Below are positions 24,901-37,222 of a DNA stretch of 64,000 nt, piece by piece. A program made the position numbers and the translations under genes. Source of the stretch: Ostrea edulis (lineage: Eukaryota); the NCBI RefSeq assembly GCF_947568905.1, contig NC_079168.1, positions 57,660,001 to 57,724,000 on the forward strand, given 5' to 3'. The first letter of the stretch is position 1. Every line of letters starts with the position of its first letter. Under the pieces are notes generated by a model. The model did no database searches, had not been told where the DNA came from, and saw only the letters and a program-made list of their open reading frames with translations.

Positions 24901-26172
24901 CAATTTATATTTCTCAATTGATTCGATACGCAAGAATTTGTTCTTCGTATGATCAGGTTTTAAATGGAAGCAGGCTACTGACAAACAAATTGATGTTATA
25001 AGGATATCAACACTGACGTTTAACGTCAGCATTTCGCAAATTGTATGGTCAATATAACGATCTAGTATGCCAATACAACCTGTCATTGGATCAATTACTT
25101 TTTGACGTGTGTCTTACCATATGTTAGGCCATTCTTGACACACTGCTTCTGACTACGGATAACTCCGTTTACCTCATGAAAATATAAGGCTGATGATGGG
25201 TGAGGCTGGTTGACAGGGGATACTTACTCCTAAGCTCATGATCTAACCCCTGGTATATCCAGGGTTTCGTGATTGCCCAACTCTCTAATTTGTATGCCTT
25301 ATGGGAGTTATGAGATTCGTTATCTTCACCTGACCTCCGCCACTACTATCTTATGAAAGATGAAGATAACAAACAGTGACCTATCTCATTACTCCTATAA
25401 GTAATACAAAATAAAAAGTTGGGCAAACACCGACCCCTGGATATACACGAGGTGGGATCAGGTGCCTAGGAGTAAGCATCCCCTGGCAACCGGTTAGCGC
25501 TCTGTCTTGATCAGGTAAACGAAGTAATAGTCAAAATCAGTGTTGCAAGAACGACCTAACAATCGATATAGAACACGTCAGACAGTATTTGACCCAATGA
25601 TAGGTTGTATTGGCAAACTAGATCATTATAACGAACATACAATTTGCGAAATGCTGACTTTAAATGTGACTGTTGAAACCTCTGTAACATCAATTTGTTT
25701 GTGAGCAGCCTGGATTGATTTAAAATTGATCATACGAAGAACAATCTTTTGCATATCGAATCAGTTGAGAGATATACACATAATTATGGGGTAATAATGG
25801 AATATTGCTACATAGATATGGAAATTGACAATGGAGAAGATGAAAGCATCCATTTGTGATGAAGTGGAGATTTAAATTTGCCGTTAATATCCATTTTCAA
25901 TAAAATATATATTGCTATTTATGACGGTAGTTTTTTTCCTGAGATATAAACGTAATAATTCGATAAAAGGATAACGTTTTCAATGGATATGTGTACGTTT
26001 TTACAATGCTTGCATTTCTCTTATATAGCAGTCACCTTATTATCTTGTGAAATAAAAGAACTGTTGGGATATAATATTCCATCAATATATCTTATCTGAT
26101 AAATCATGAGATTTAAAAGGATATACAGACACTTAGGATAATATATTGAACGTCATTTACACTGTACAATAA

Positions 26173-26178
26173 TTTATT
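26173..26178 (-). terminator. Polyadenylation signal of B2
   Basis: Same conserved AATAAA context. Confidence 0.6.
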
Positions 26179-26371
26179 CAAAGAACAATAATATATTTAA
26201 CAAAAACAGTCTCAATCACAAATGTTGTTTGTGTGTGTCTATCACAGTCCGCTTTAATACTGCTTGTACATTAGTACACCTGAAAATGAAATTGAAGAAT
26301 TACATTGATATCCAAAATGAGTACCACAAATGTAATTTATTTCAAACGTAGTTGAAAATTAAAATAAAACA

Positions 26372-27457
26372 TTATTTATTAAGTTTTACCTTTCTGCCAG
26401 GGACAATGTTGGAGTTGATAATCCTTGGTGATCTCCCTTGCAAAATGCCACCGTCAATAAATCCTTGGGATCCAGATGCAGCAGCGGAAGCGGATGCGGC
26501 ACCGTTGGAAGTAGCAAAACCAGCGGCGGCAGCTGCAGCTCCGGGGTTTTGTCCGATAAGAGGACCAACAGGGTATGGTACACCTTGGAAAGGCTGAATT
26601 ACAGGACCATTACGGTGACCTGTGAGTTGGGATCCAATGAGACCTCCCATTCCGATTCCTGATCTCAAGTTGGCGCTAGAGGCAGCAGCAGCAGCGAAGG
26701 CGGCACCGCGTTGGCTGGCAGAGGCAGCGGCGGAGGCAGCAGAAGCTCCGGGGTTTTGTCCGGTTAAGATTGGATTAAACATGAAATTGTCGATGCGATT
26801 TGTAAATTGAGGTGCAGTAAAACCTCCCATTCCGATTCTAGGTCCCATCTTCGCGCTAGATGCGGAGGCAGCAGCGGATGAACCACCGACAACATTAGAT
26901 ACTGGCCCAGATGGATAATAGACGGCTGGCGCTGGGTAAGCAGGTAGTCCATTGAGAGGTCCAATAATCTGTGAGTTTCCATCCATGGTTCTAGCATTAA
27001 ATCCATTGTTGAGGCCAATTACACCTTGATGTCCATTAAATCCTCTGTTTGAGGCGGCTGCGGCAGAGGCAGCAGCGTTTAAACCGCTTGCAGCTGCTGA
27101 AGCAGCAGCTGAGTTTCCACCGATGAGTCCGGCATCAAATCCATTGTTGAAGCCAATTACACCTTGATGTTCATTAAATCCTCGGTTTGAGGCGGCTGCG
27201 GCAGAGGCAGCAGCGTTGAAACCACTTGCAGCTGCTGAGGCGGCGGCTGCGTTTCCTCCATCTAATGGAAAAAACCTGGCTTCAAATCCATTGTCGTTGA
27301 CACCACTGTGTATACCCCCAGCAACACCTTGCCCATTAAAGTGGATGTTGTGAGAACATCCGTACTGTCCACATCCTGGTTTAGGATAATTATCCTTTGG
27401 AACAGGGATTGCAAATGCACCGACAATAAGACAGAGAAGGGCAACAGCACGGATCAT
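26372..27457 (-). CDS. Silk-like poly-Ala secreted protein, copy B2 (361 aa)
   Basis: Intact ORF, close paralogue of 11648..12718. Confidence 0.92.
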   Translation of the reverse strand: MIRAVALLCLIVGAFAIPVPKDNYPKPGCGQYGCSHNIHFNGQGVAGGIHSGVNDNGFEARFFPLDGGNAAAASAAASGFNAAASAAAASNRGFNEHQGVIGFNNGFDAGLIGGNSAAASAAASGLNAAASAAAASNRGFNGHQGVIGLNNGFNARTMDGNSQIIGPLNGLPAYPAPAVYYPSGPVSNVVGGSSAAASASSAKMGPRIGMGGFTAPQFTNRIDNFMFNPILTGQNPGASAASAAASASQRGAAFAAAAASSANLRSGIGMGGLIGSQLTGHRNGPVIQPFQGVPYPVGPLIGQNPGAAAAAAGFATSNGAASASAAASGSQGFIDGGILQGRSPRIINSNIVPGRKVKLNK

Positions 27458-28067
27458 CTAGAAAACAGACGAAAATAAACTTTATTTACTTCATGATTTG
27501 ATTAAGCTTATACATAAAAGTCAGATATAAGCGTCAGTATAAGCATGTCAGTTTATATTTAAACCACCCTTTCCACAATGAGAATAATTTCAAGAAATGT
27601 TTAAAGTTTTTTCGTGATAGAATTGATTAAACGATATCAAAATTACTTGATTATAAACCAGTTTGTGTTGGCTGTTACGGGCAGGTTTTTTTCGTACACC
27701 TGTATATTTTTTTTTCTTTTGCTTTCACAGATTGTTAAATTTATTGATTTCTGTGTAAAATGATGGTCTAATGCACATTTTCCTGAAGATTTCCCCCCAA
27801 AATGTGTAGAAAGCATGCTTTTAATAGATATTAATGTTTGAATAATTACGCAATACTTTTAAAGATGGTTAGTATTTTAAAAAATTTTGAGATGAATCAT
27901 TTCGATTTGTTGATATATGTATCTCCATTGATCATAAATTTGATCTCATTGTGATGGATTGGCTACCTTAAGCTTGATTGGAATAATAATGAGGAGAGAT
28001 AATCCGATTGCACATTTCTTACCAACCAACATAGAAAGGAAGGAAAATCTTATATTTTCTAAATTAA

Positions 28068-28387
28068 GGTAGTACTCTACCTCGTCATAATGGCTGACTT
28101 GCTTAAAAAACATGGATGAAAAAAATCGATATCAGCAATATTTGACTTTTCCTTTTTCATTTAAATACATATCCGAGTAGCTCAGTAGGTTAGAATACCG
28201 ACTGCTGAAATGTAGGTCGCAGATTCGAGTCCAGCGGGGATTTTAAATTTTTTTTCAGATTACCTTCTACTAAAACTGTATTTTTTGACAAAATAAAGTA
28301 AATTTGAAAATTTTTAACATCAAAATATTGCTGTACATATCCTCCACTTTTTATCTACATCAAATTTCTCTGGTGTAGCATACCTCC
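28068..28387. mobile_element. 320-bp non-autonomous DNA transposon with TTAA TSD (Kolobok-like) in the B2 intron
   Basis: TTAA at 28064-67 and 28388-91; imperfect TIRs beginning GG; B1 has the empty site (AAATTAATAGAAA at ~13164). Confidence 0.8.
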
Positions 28388-28990
28388 TTAATAGAAACAG
28401 GCCTGGATATTTTGAAATTGGAATAAAAGATAGGAAATTGGAACTTTGGCAGTCTGTATCATACCAGATTACTGTTAACGGAAAAAATATTCTTATGTTT
28501 CGAATTTTGGATCTTCAAATTGTAAATTGGAATTTATGACATATTGTCTTCAACTCAGGGGGGGGGGGATCTTTGTTAACGGAAACCCCTAAATATGATA
28601 GATATTTTCTAAGTCTGACCAAATGCATGATGCTTACTCCTCCTAGGCACCTGATCCCACTTCTGTATATCCAGGGGTGAACTCTCTATTTTGTATTGCT
28701 TATACCCAAATTATAGGAGTTATGAGGTTGATCACTGTTCGTTATCTTCACCTTTCATGTCGTATTCATCTCTTCATAGCTTTATATCGCTGGTCATAAA
28801 CTACCTGTATTATACATGTATTCTCTGATTTTTATATTTAACATTATTACTTGCAAAATTGTTATTTATTTACAAGAAAACGATACAATGAGTCGAAGAT
28901 ATTAAATTAAATTAAGAAGAAAATATTTCTTTTCATTTCATCGCATTTTTCTTCGGAAATTCATATTGTAAATTTTGATTGGAATCTCAC

Positions 28991-29190
28991 CTTGAAATCG
29001 TTGTGTCGGTACCTGAGCAGATTTAGACGATAAGTGTTGATTAATTCTAAATCTTCAATATTTATACATCGGACTCGGTAACGTAATCAGGAAGAATATT
29101 ATTGCGGTTCGAACATTTCTGATTACTCAGTAAAATTTAATTCAGTATCATTGGGTCGTTTTAATTAGAAATCATGTGAATAGGTCATTA
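28991..29190 (-). promoter_or_regulatory. B2 promoter plus non-coding exon 1 (~29038-28991)
   Basis: TATAAATA at 29066-29059, same donor, block at 29073-29190 with a few substitutions. Confidence 0.75.
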
Positions 29191-29748
29191 TTGTGTAGAG
29201 AATGAATGACGCGCACTTGTTACACGTTCACTAGTAACGTGGTTATCGTACACATTTCTGTCAGTTGATAGCTTTAAAGCACTTATTTTAGTTTTTCGTT
29301 AACAGGAATCCCCTTGTTTTTCTTTGTTCTTTAATCATCGTTTTTGTAGATGAGAAGTATGTTAAGGAGATCGGACACCAAGGAGTTTATAATTTGCATG
29401 GTCAATTATCTTTCTATATTTGATTTTCCCCATAAATGTGAATTGTGTAAATTGTGAGTATACGAAGAAGAGTATATTCGATAACATCGATCACTTAAAG
29501 AATTTAATTGATACAGATTAATTAAGATGTATAAGTTATTCATCTTTTAAGAAGAAATAAGAATTTTAAATTAATTGATCAAAAAAGATAGGAATAAAAA
29601 TTACTGATCATTTGCACCACATTCGTATCAAGTGTAAGGTACACATTGACACTAACTAAAATAAATATATTAACATCAGTTTACTGTGTATAATATAATT
29701 CACTAGATTATTATTAGTGGCTTAATAATTCAATGTATAATATGTTGA

Positions 29749-30011
29749 TTGATTGTATATTGTTTAACGTCATTCTCGAGAATATTTCACTCATATGGAG
29801 ACGTCACCACTTCCGGTGAAGGGCTGCAAAATTTAGGCCTATGCTCGGCGCTTAGGGTCATTGAGCAGGGAGGTATCTTTATCGTGCCACACCTGCTGTG
29901 ACACGGGACCTCGGTTTTTGTGGTCTCACCCGAAGGGCCGCCCCATTTAGTCGCCTCTTACCACAAGCAAGGGGGAATGAGGACCTATTCTAACCCGGAT
30001 CCCCACGGGAC
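29749..30011 (-). mobile_element. Bivalve SINE-like element (Meta/Deu-core-like, no tRNA head)
   Basis: 13-bp TSD TATAATATGTTGA (29736-48, 30012-24), (TCAA)n tail, TAAGAGGCGACTAAA and AAACCGAGGTCCC...AAAGAT motifs; empty site in B1 at ~14550. Confidence 0.75.
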
Positions 30012-31660
30012 TATAATATGTTGAATTTAGCGTCACGTATAATCCGTAATTCACGGTAGATGTGACAGGTCAACTGAGGAGGCATACTCCTCATATGCAC
30101 CTAATCCCACCTCTGGTATGTCCAGGGGTCGATGTTTACCCTTCTCTTAATTTAAAAAAAAAAATCATTTATAGGATGTATTAGATTGACCACTTTCGTC
30201 ATCTTCATTTGTTCATTGAGTTGATAAGTGCAATATTTCACTTAAGATTTTGAAAGCATGCGCTTGCTATTAATTGATTTTTACAAAATATTCAATGACA
30301 AAAAAGAACTAGGGAAATATGGAACAATAAAAATTGATTTCATGATATAAGTAATGATGCAATTGATTTTACCATATTAATGGAATAAAGGCTATTTCTA
30401 TACGTCAGTACAATGATGGTCATTTAGAATTATCAAATGAAATAAGTCCCAGTTTTTTTACTTTATGTAATCAACAATATTCTTTATGTCATCGACCGAA
30501 AGTGAAATTAATATTAATTAAAAAAAAAAAAATACACCGGTAAGCATTGTTTAGGTGTCATAAATTTAAATGTTGATGATTGACACTTCAAACTGTTATA
30601 CGCTTCTTGTCCATTTAACCCAAAATATGACGAATTGATAAAATTTTGAAAATATTATACAACTAAGAGTTTTATTGTTAAATGATACTTAATATATTAT
30701 AATATATTGCTGCTGTATAGGAATTTCATTCATTGTTTTTCATAAAAATATTCATAAGCTATTAATGATATGTTGACATTAACAGCGCGATACATAAATC
30801 AAGCGTAATAGTATAATTTTACACACCGTTATCTAAATATATATAGGCCTACGCAGGGTTGTTCTTTGTTTGTTTTTTATCAATTTTTCTGGAATAGTTT
30901 GATTCTTTTGATTTTTATTAAAACGTCCTGATTAATATTTACTAGTAATTCTGCAAACACACAATGAACATCAATAATGTATTTTGTAAAAAAGAAAAAA
31001 CAAAAACAAAAAAAAAAACACACACACCAAAAAACATAAATATTACATGTAAAAAAAAAAACAACGATCAAGGAATGATAGTATTTAACATAGAATTTGT
31101 TTCTGACTGATAACTGTCACATTCCAAGGTCAAGTCAAATTTCCACGTTTGCATTTAACAAAGACATGTTTTCTGTGCTATTCATAATAAGTTAAAGAAT
31201 ACAGCAAGTAATACACGTTGTAGGTAGTCATCTCTCTGCGGTTTTGAAAACAAGACAAACGCAATCACATTTGAAAGAATTTAAGACATGTTTACCACAA
31301 AGCTATTGTCAGAGGAAAGAATGAATGAAGGTGTAAAATTATGTAATTGTTTTTAAACATCCTTAAACAAGAACGAAGAATGACAGCCTTTGTGTTGATT
31401 TGAAATTACACTTTGTAGCTGGTCATATTCCTAACCTGTAGGTGACCACGACAAGTGAAAGTGTGCGTCATGGCATCTTACCGTCTTGTTATCTGTTTGA
31501 GGATACAGCCATGAGCTGGCCTTCTTCAAAATCATTTTATTCAAACATTAGGAAATAGCATATATTTTAATTTCGTTGGTCTTTATCATGTCAATGTATC
31601 GTGATACTTTTCATTCTTACAAAAAAAAACATGTACAGGAAATAAACATGCTACAATATA

Positions 31661-32830
31661 TGAGGGCTGCTCGATATGTAATGTGTATTGTACGATATCT
31701 CAAAAACATTCGACTCAAATAGTGAAATGAACATTACATTCCTTAAAAGTATTCTCTGTGGTTTGAAATACATAATTTCAATCTCTGAATTCATTTATGA
31801 AATGCATCACGGTACGCTGATTTAGGTAGACCTCTGACTGATGGCTGAGCCAAGGGCTTGTCGGGACTTGTAACGACGACCAGATAAGAACTTTTTAAGT
31901 TTTGGAAAAGGAAAAAGTCGCATGGGGCTAGATTTGGAGAGTATGGTGGGTGTGACAAGACGGTAAACTTCTCCGACTTCAAAAATTGCTTCACAAGCTC
32001 AGATGTATGTGATGGAGCATTATCATAAAGTAGACGAGCATGCCTAAATCCTGACACAGGGCGTCGTTTATGATAATATTTCTTGAGCTTTTTTAGTATA
32101 ACATCTCGGTAATATCGACCTGTAACACTTTTGCCCTTTGGCCCCGGAATTTGTACGGCTGTACCATCACATGAGAAGAATATGCAATAAAGAACCTTCT
32201 TTATGCTGATGGTTCTTTTGGCAATTACAGGCCTTCTACCGTGTTTAGTTAATCATATTTTGTTTCCAATTTTTGTTATTGGTTCGAAATAGTGAACCCA
32301 TGTTTCGTCACCAGTAACAATGTTTGCAAATTGTCTTTGATTGAATTTGGGAAACAATTTGAACAATTGCTTAGCGGTTTGTACTCGTACCCGTTTTTGG
32401 TCATCTGTCAATATATGCGGTATCCATCTGGCAGGAATATTTAGTACTTTCAAAATAATCTTCAAAATGAAATGCACCGCGATAGCGATATGCCAACAGC
32501 TTTGGCATATCACGAATAGTATATCTGCCATCACTTTCAATTATTTCTCTGACTTTTGAGACATTTGCCTTGTCTATTACAGTCACAGGTCGGTCAGATT
32601 TTGCTGCATCTTTGACGGACTCTGTGCCAGTCAGAAATTTCTTTCTCCACCTACGAACTGTCTCATAAGATACCTTATCAGACCCATAAACTCCCCCAAT
32701 TCAGTAAAAATTAGCATTACCGAATGACCGAGTTTTGTGCGAACTTTTATATAAGCTCTAATTTCTTCAATATTCTCATCCCGTTTCCCAACCATTTTTA
32801 CAATAGTGGTCAGCGACTGGCTCTATTGAA
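31661..32830 (-). mobile_element. Mariner (DD34D-type) transposon remnant; transposase pseudogene ~32795-31734
   Basis: ARWIPHILT, IVTGDETWV, LLYDNAPSH and HPPYSPNLAPCDFFLF motifs with frameshifts and stops; TA-TGAGGG TIR-like end at ~31659. Confidence 0.88.
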
Positions 32831-33454
32831 ATGGCTATAAGATCAAAAGTATGTGGAGCTGAAGGCTTGTGTTTATACCGTTGGAAAGGTATTGAATAGA
32901 ACTATTCAAGAGTATCATCATCCACGAAATTGTGCAAAGAGTTATCACCTTCGTATAAGCACAATTCCTAGAAATATAATCCCACGATGACAGTGAAATT
33001 TTAAGGTCAAATCCTAAATTGAAGGCATAAGGTGAATTGTGAAAATAGTAGGTCGGCATATATATTTTGCATGTGTCATAATGTTCTCCCTTAGAAACTA
33101 CATAATTCATTTTGTAAATTTTACTAATGACCCACTAATCAATGATCACCCCTCTGTATGTACCTGCTGTTGCAGCGATATGATTCATCCCATGCTAAAG
33201 ATATGATGCCGTTGCCGATGCAAATCAAGTGAAAATGTCAGAACTGAGAGATTAAGAATTCATTGATGTGTGGACTCAGCATTCATGTGTTTTATCCAAC
33301 ATGTTTCAAGAGTAAATATGTTAATGAAATTATCATTGGAAGTATCTATTGTGCAGGTGAAAGAAAGCATGACACGTGAAGGTCCTTGATTGAAATTATT
33401 GTAAAAACTATAAATTGGTAAAATAACCGATCGTTCTTCGTAGTCTTCTTCCAA

Positions 33455-34020
33455 CGATTCATCGGAATTCCCATGGGCACAAATTGTGCTCCGTTATTAG
33501 CTTACCTGGTTTTTTGTATTCTTATGAGGCAGAATTTATTCAAAAGCTTCAACAGAAGAAAACATCTTTTGTTGTGGCTTCCAACTTGACATTTAGATAT
33601 ATCTACGACACTTCGTCTACTAACAATACTCATTTTCACTCATGTCGATTCGATATATCCAAGTGAACTCGAAATAAACGACGCTAAAGTCCTGCAAATC
33701 TTTTGTTGTGGCTTCCAACTTGACATTTAGATATATCTACGACACTTCGTCTACTAACAATACTCATTTTCACTCATGTCGATTCGATATATCCAAGTGA
33801 ACTCGAAATAAACGACGCTAAAGTCTTGCAAATCTACTTCATATTAGGATATTTCATTGAACATACATGTCGACGGCAAACTAACACAGAGGGCTCATGG
33901 CGGGTGTGACCGCTCAATAAAGGGAGACTTGCTGTTCCTAGGCACCTGATACCACCTGATATGTCCAGGAGAGGGTAAGTGCTTGCCTTTTTCTTACTTT
34001 TGTAATTTATTGGATTTAAG
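33455..34020 (+). mobile_element. Naiad RT fragment plus terminal repeat, with an internal 134-bp tandem duplication (33563-33833)
   Basis: GIPMGTNCAP, YSYEAEFIQKL; repeated segment offset by 134 bp. Confidence 0.75.
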
Positions 34021-34477
34021 ATCAAACTCCCCGTCGAGGCCTCATTACATCACCTATGAATACACCTCTCCTATGTGACGCAGTACAATATACAGATTTG
34101 TATATTGTGAGTCCGCGATTATCACGCGGGCAAATAACACTAAAGAAGTAGTTCGTAGTTAAAAGTTTGAAGATATTGACATTAAGAGCATTAATATGAA
34201 AGTATGGATTTTATTTTAAACATAAAATGATCAAAAGACCAATATAAGGTAGGGAGACTCTGTTCAAATTATTGTGTAAAGTAATGAACTTGATGTTTAC
34301 GTTCTTGTTTTGAAAGTTGTTTACGTTTGACGTTATGTTTTTCGTCATTCTACAGTGACGTCACACAGTATATGTTGCCTAAGAAATCGCTATCCCATAA
34401 TGCCTAACTGGAAGAGTTTGGTTTATAAGCAAACGAACTCTGGCGGAAATTTGGATTTAAGATTACTGTACGTTATA

Positions 34478-34752
34478 TTGTGTCAATGACTGCTTGTGTT
34501 TCCAAATTAGATCATTATAGTGACCATATAATTTGCAAAATGCTGACTTTAAACGAGACTATTGAAACCCCTGTAACATCAACTTATTTGATAGTAGACT
34601 ACCTCGATTTAAAAATTGATCATACGCTGAACATGCTCTTGCATATCGAATCAGTTGAGAGACATAAACATTATATGAAGGTTTTTGATGAAATATTGCT
34701 ACACGAATATGGGAAGTTGACGATGGAGAAGCTGAAGTCGTCTCGTTTGTCA
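34478..34752 (-). mobile_element. Naiad RT C-terminal fragment
   Basis: ORF 34559..34789 contains YVSQLIRYARACSAYDQFLNRGSLLSNKLMLQGFQ. Confidence 0.8.
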
Positions 34753-37024
34753 TAAAATTGTGTATATTCTTATTATCTAACAGTATCACAAATTACAAAA
34801 TCGGAGAAAAAATGGGAAGCTGTACGCATGCTTATTTTGAAATGAGGCAAATGAACTTGAATTTACTCAACCTTTTTGCACGTGAAATTTAACATTTAGA
34901 TGATTAAAATAAACACCTGTAACAATTAACACAACTGAATTTCCATATAATAAATGTACTATCGTATCGTAAAATTTAACAAATTTAATTTTCATAATGA
35001 AAAGTGAAGGTAATGAACAATACTCCTTTTTCTTTAAGGCCACACCAATTTGTAAAATAGTTCTTCGGATTTTCAAACAAAAAAAAGTGAGGCGAGAGGG
35101 CGAAATTATTTTACAAATATTATTTTTAAGTTTGGAGATAAAAATTATGAGGCGAGCGAATACAAGAAATATAAATATTTTTAATTGAATTAAGTGTGAT
35201 TTTAAAAAGCGAGCGCCTAAAAATAAAGATCTAAAATCATCAGATATCATTTGTTTACCACATAAACTTAATATTTTTCAACTTTGTTGATATAGTTGAC
35301 AATAAATGAGAAGTATTTCAGGTTTCAAAGACTTATTTTCTTTATACCTAACACATGTACTTTGCAACATTAACTGATATTAAACATTATTCATATATTT
35401 CATAACAATAAATATTTTACAATATTAATATGCATTGTTTGATTTCCACATGACACTGCATCTCTATCGTCTATTGTACAAGCATACACAAGGCGAATGC
35501 TTTTTGTAGATGAGAGAAAAAAGTGGTGTGTCTGTCATATTCCAAGTTTATGTAACTTCAAACAGCTGACCTTATGGTAAGGAAGGAATTACTTAGTAAA
35601 TCTAATTATACTATATTGTCTCTTATAATTCACATATTGTGACCTGTATTTTCGAATGTCAAATAAGCTTACTAAGATTTTGTTCAACCGCTTTTTCAAA
35701 ATGTGACAAACCTTTAATTTTTAATTGTTAGGATTTTAAGAACGTTTTACCTGATCAAGACCTAGGACAATACAAGCTATGATGAGATTCACAGCGGGTG
35801 TCGCCAGTCAACAGGGGGTGTTTCTTCCTCCTGAGCATCCAATCCCACCTCTGGTATGTCCAGCAATCCGTGTTTGTCCTGCTCTCAATTTTGAATTCTT
35901 TATGAAATATATCACTGTTCGTTATCTTTAACTTTTTATACTAATGGCCGTCCTTAATCCACGTGAAAATGTCTGTACCAAACTTGATCATTTTCCCCTT
36001 TGTATGGAATGGTCCCCATCATCAGGTGAAAATACATGTCATTGTAAAGAATTATGTGGATGGTGAAATGAAAATAAGAAATTTAAGTTCCCGGACTTTA
36101 TGGCAGCTCTGAAACATTCTGTATGAGACAACGAATATCTTCATATAAAGGTCTTCATAATGTGTTAACAAAATTAGACCTTGCAAAACTTTTGGGTTGT
36201 GAGACATGATATATTAAAATATCATGAAGTCTATCAAAGCCAATTGTGGGTTCATATTTTTAAGTTGTGGATTGAACTAATTTATATAGAATAATTCTCT
36301 AAGGTAATAAAGTTATAATAGATATGCCTATATTTTTCAATCTCTGAATTCATATTGGAGGGAAACTATTCTTGATAAAAGTATGCATGGTTTAGAATTT
36401 ATTTTTTCATGACCTCATTAATGAGAATGGTTCTTGTTATACATATGTTGCTATTTCTGATAGTTGTCCAAAGGTTAAGGTCAATTTCATATATTTCATT
36501 GGCATAACACATGCAATAAAAGAATGGATGAAAATGATTGAGTTTAAAAGTAGCATCACAAAATTTAAAAATCCCTTTCTTTTTCCACGCACTTTAAAAA
36601 ATGCAAGAAACCCAATAAATTTTAAAGAAATTCTCAACCATAATGAAGTGACAGTTTAAAATGACAAAGGACCTCGCTACCTCCGACACTACTATCTTAT
36701 ATGGTATAAATACTTTATGAGGGTAGATTTTTCTGTGGTATGTACACGCAAGAATTCGATCAAAGGAGAATGTTTTCGATGGATATTTGAATTCTTACAA
36801 TGCTTGTATTTTTCTTAAGTCATCTTACTGTTATCATGGACTCTCGTGTAATAGTTCAATAAATGAACTGACACGATATAATAATGTACATGTATCAATG
36901 TGTCTTTAAAGAAGATAAATATGAGAGATTGATCTGATAAAAACATAATTTATAGTATCAGGACTAATTTTAAAACATTTAGAATAATATACATATATCG
37001 AACTCCAGTAATACTGTACAATAA

Positions 37025-37030
37025 TTTATT
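37025..37030 (-). terminator. Polyadenylation signal of C
   Basis: Same conserved AATAAA context. Confidence 0.6.
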
Positions 37031-37222
37031 CAAAGAACAATAATAAATTTAACAAAAACAGTCTCAATCACCAAAGTTGTTTGTATGTGTCTATCACAGT
37101 CCGCTTTAATACTGCTTGTACATTAGTACACCTGAAAATCAAATTGAAGAATTACATTGATATCCAGAGTGAATAACACAAATGTAATTTATTTCAAAGA
37201 TACTTGTAAAGATAACAAAGGG

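Larger units (their letters stand above)
16142..30165. repeat. Segmental duplication unit 2 (A2 + spacer + B2 + B2 upstream)
   Basis: Colinear with 1..14665; carries a ~1.45-kb deletion at ~22340 and insertions at 28068 and 29749. Confidence 0.9.

Noticed and set aside
28172-28240. tRNA genes here and at 50040-50110 and 57235-57300
   Set aside because: Stems do not pair into a cloverleaf, and each is embedded in a mobile element; treated as tRNA-derived heads.
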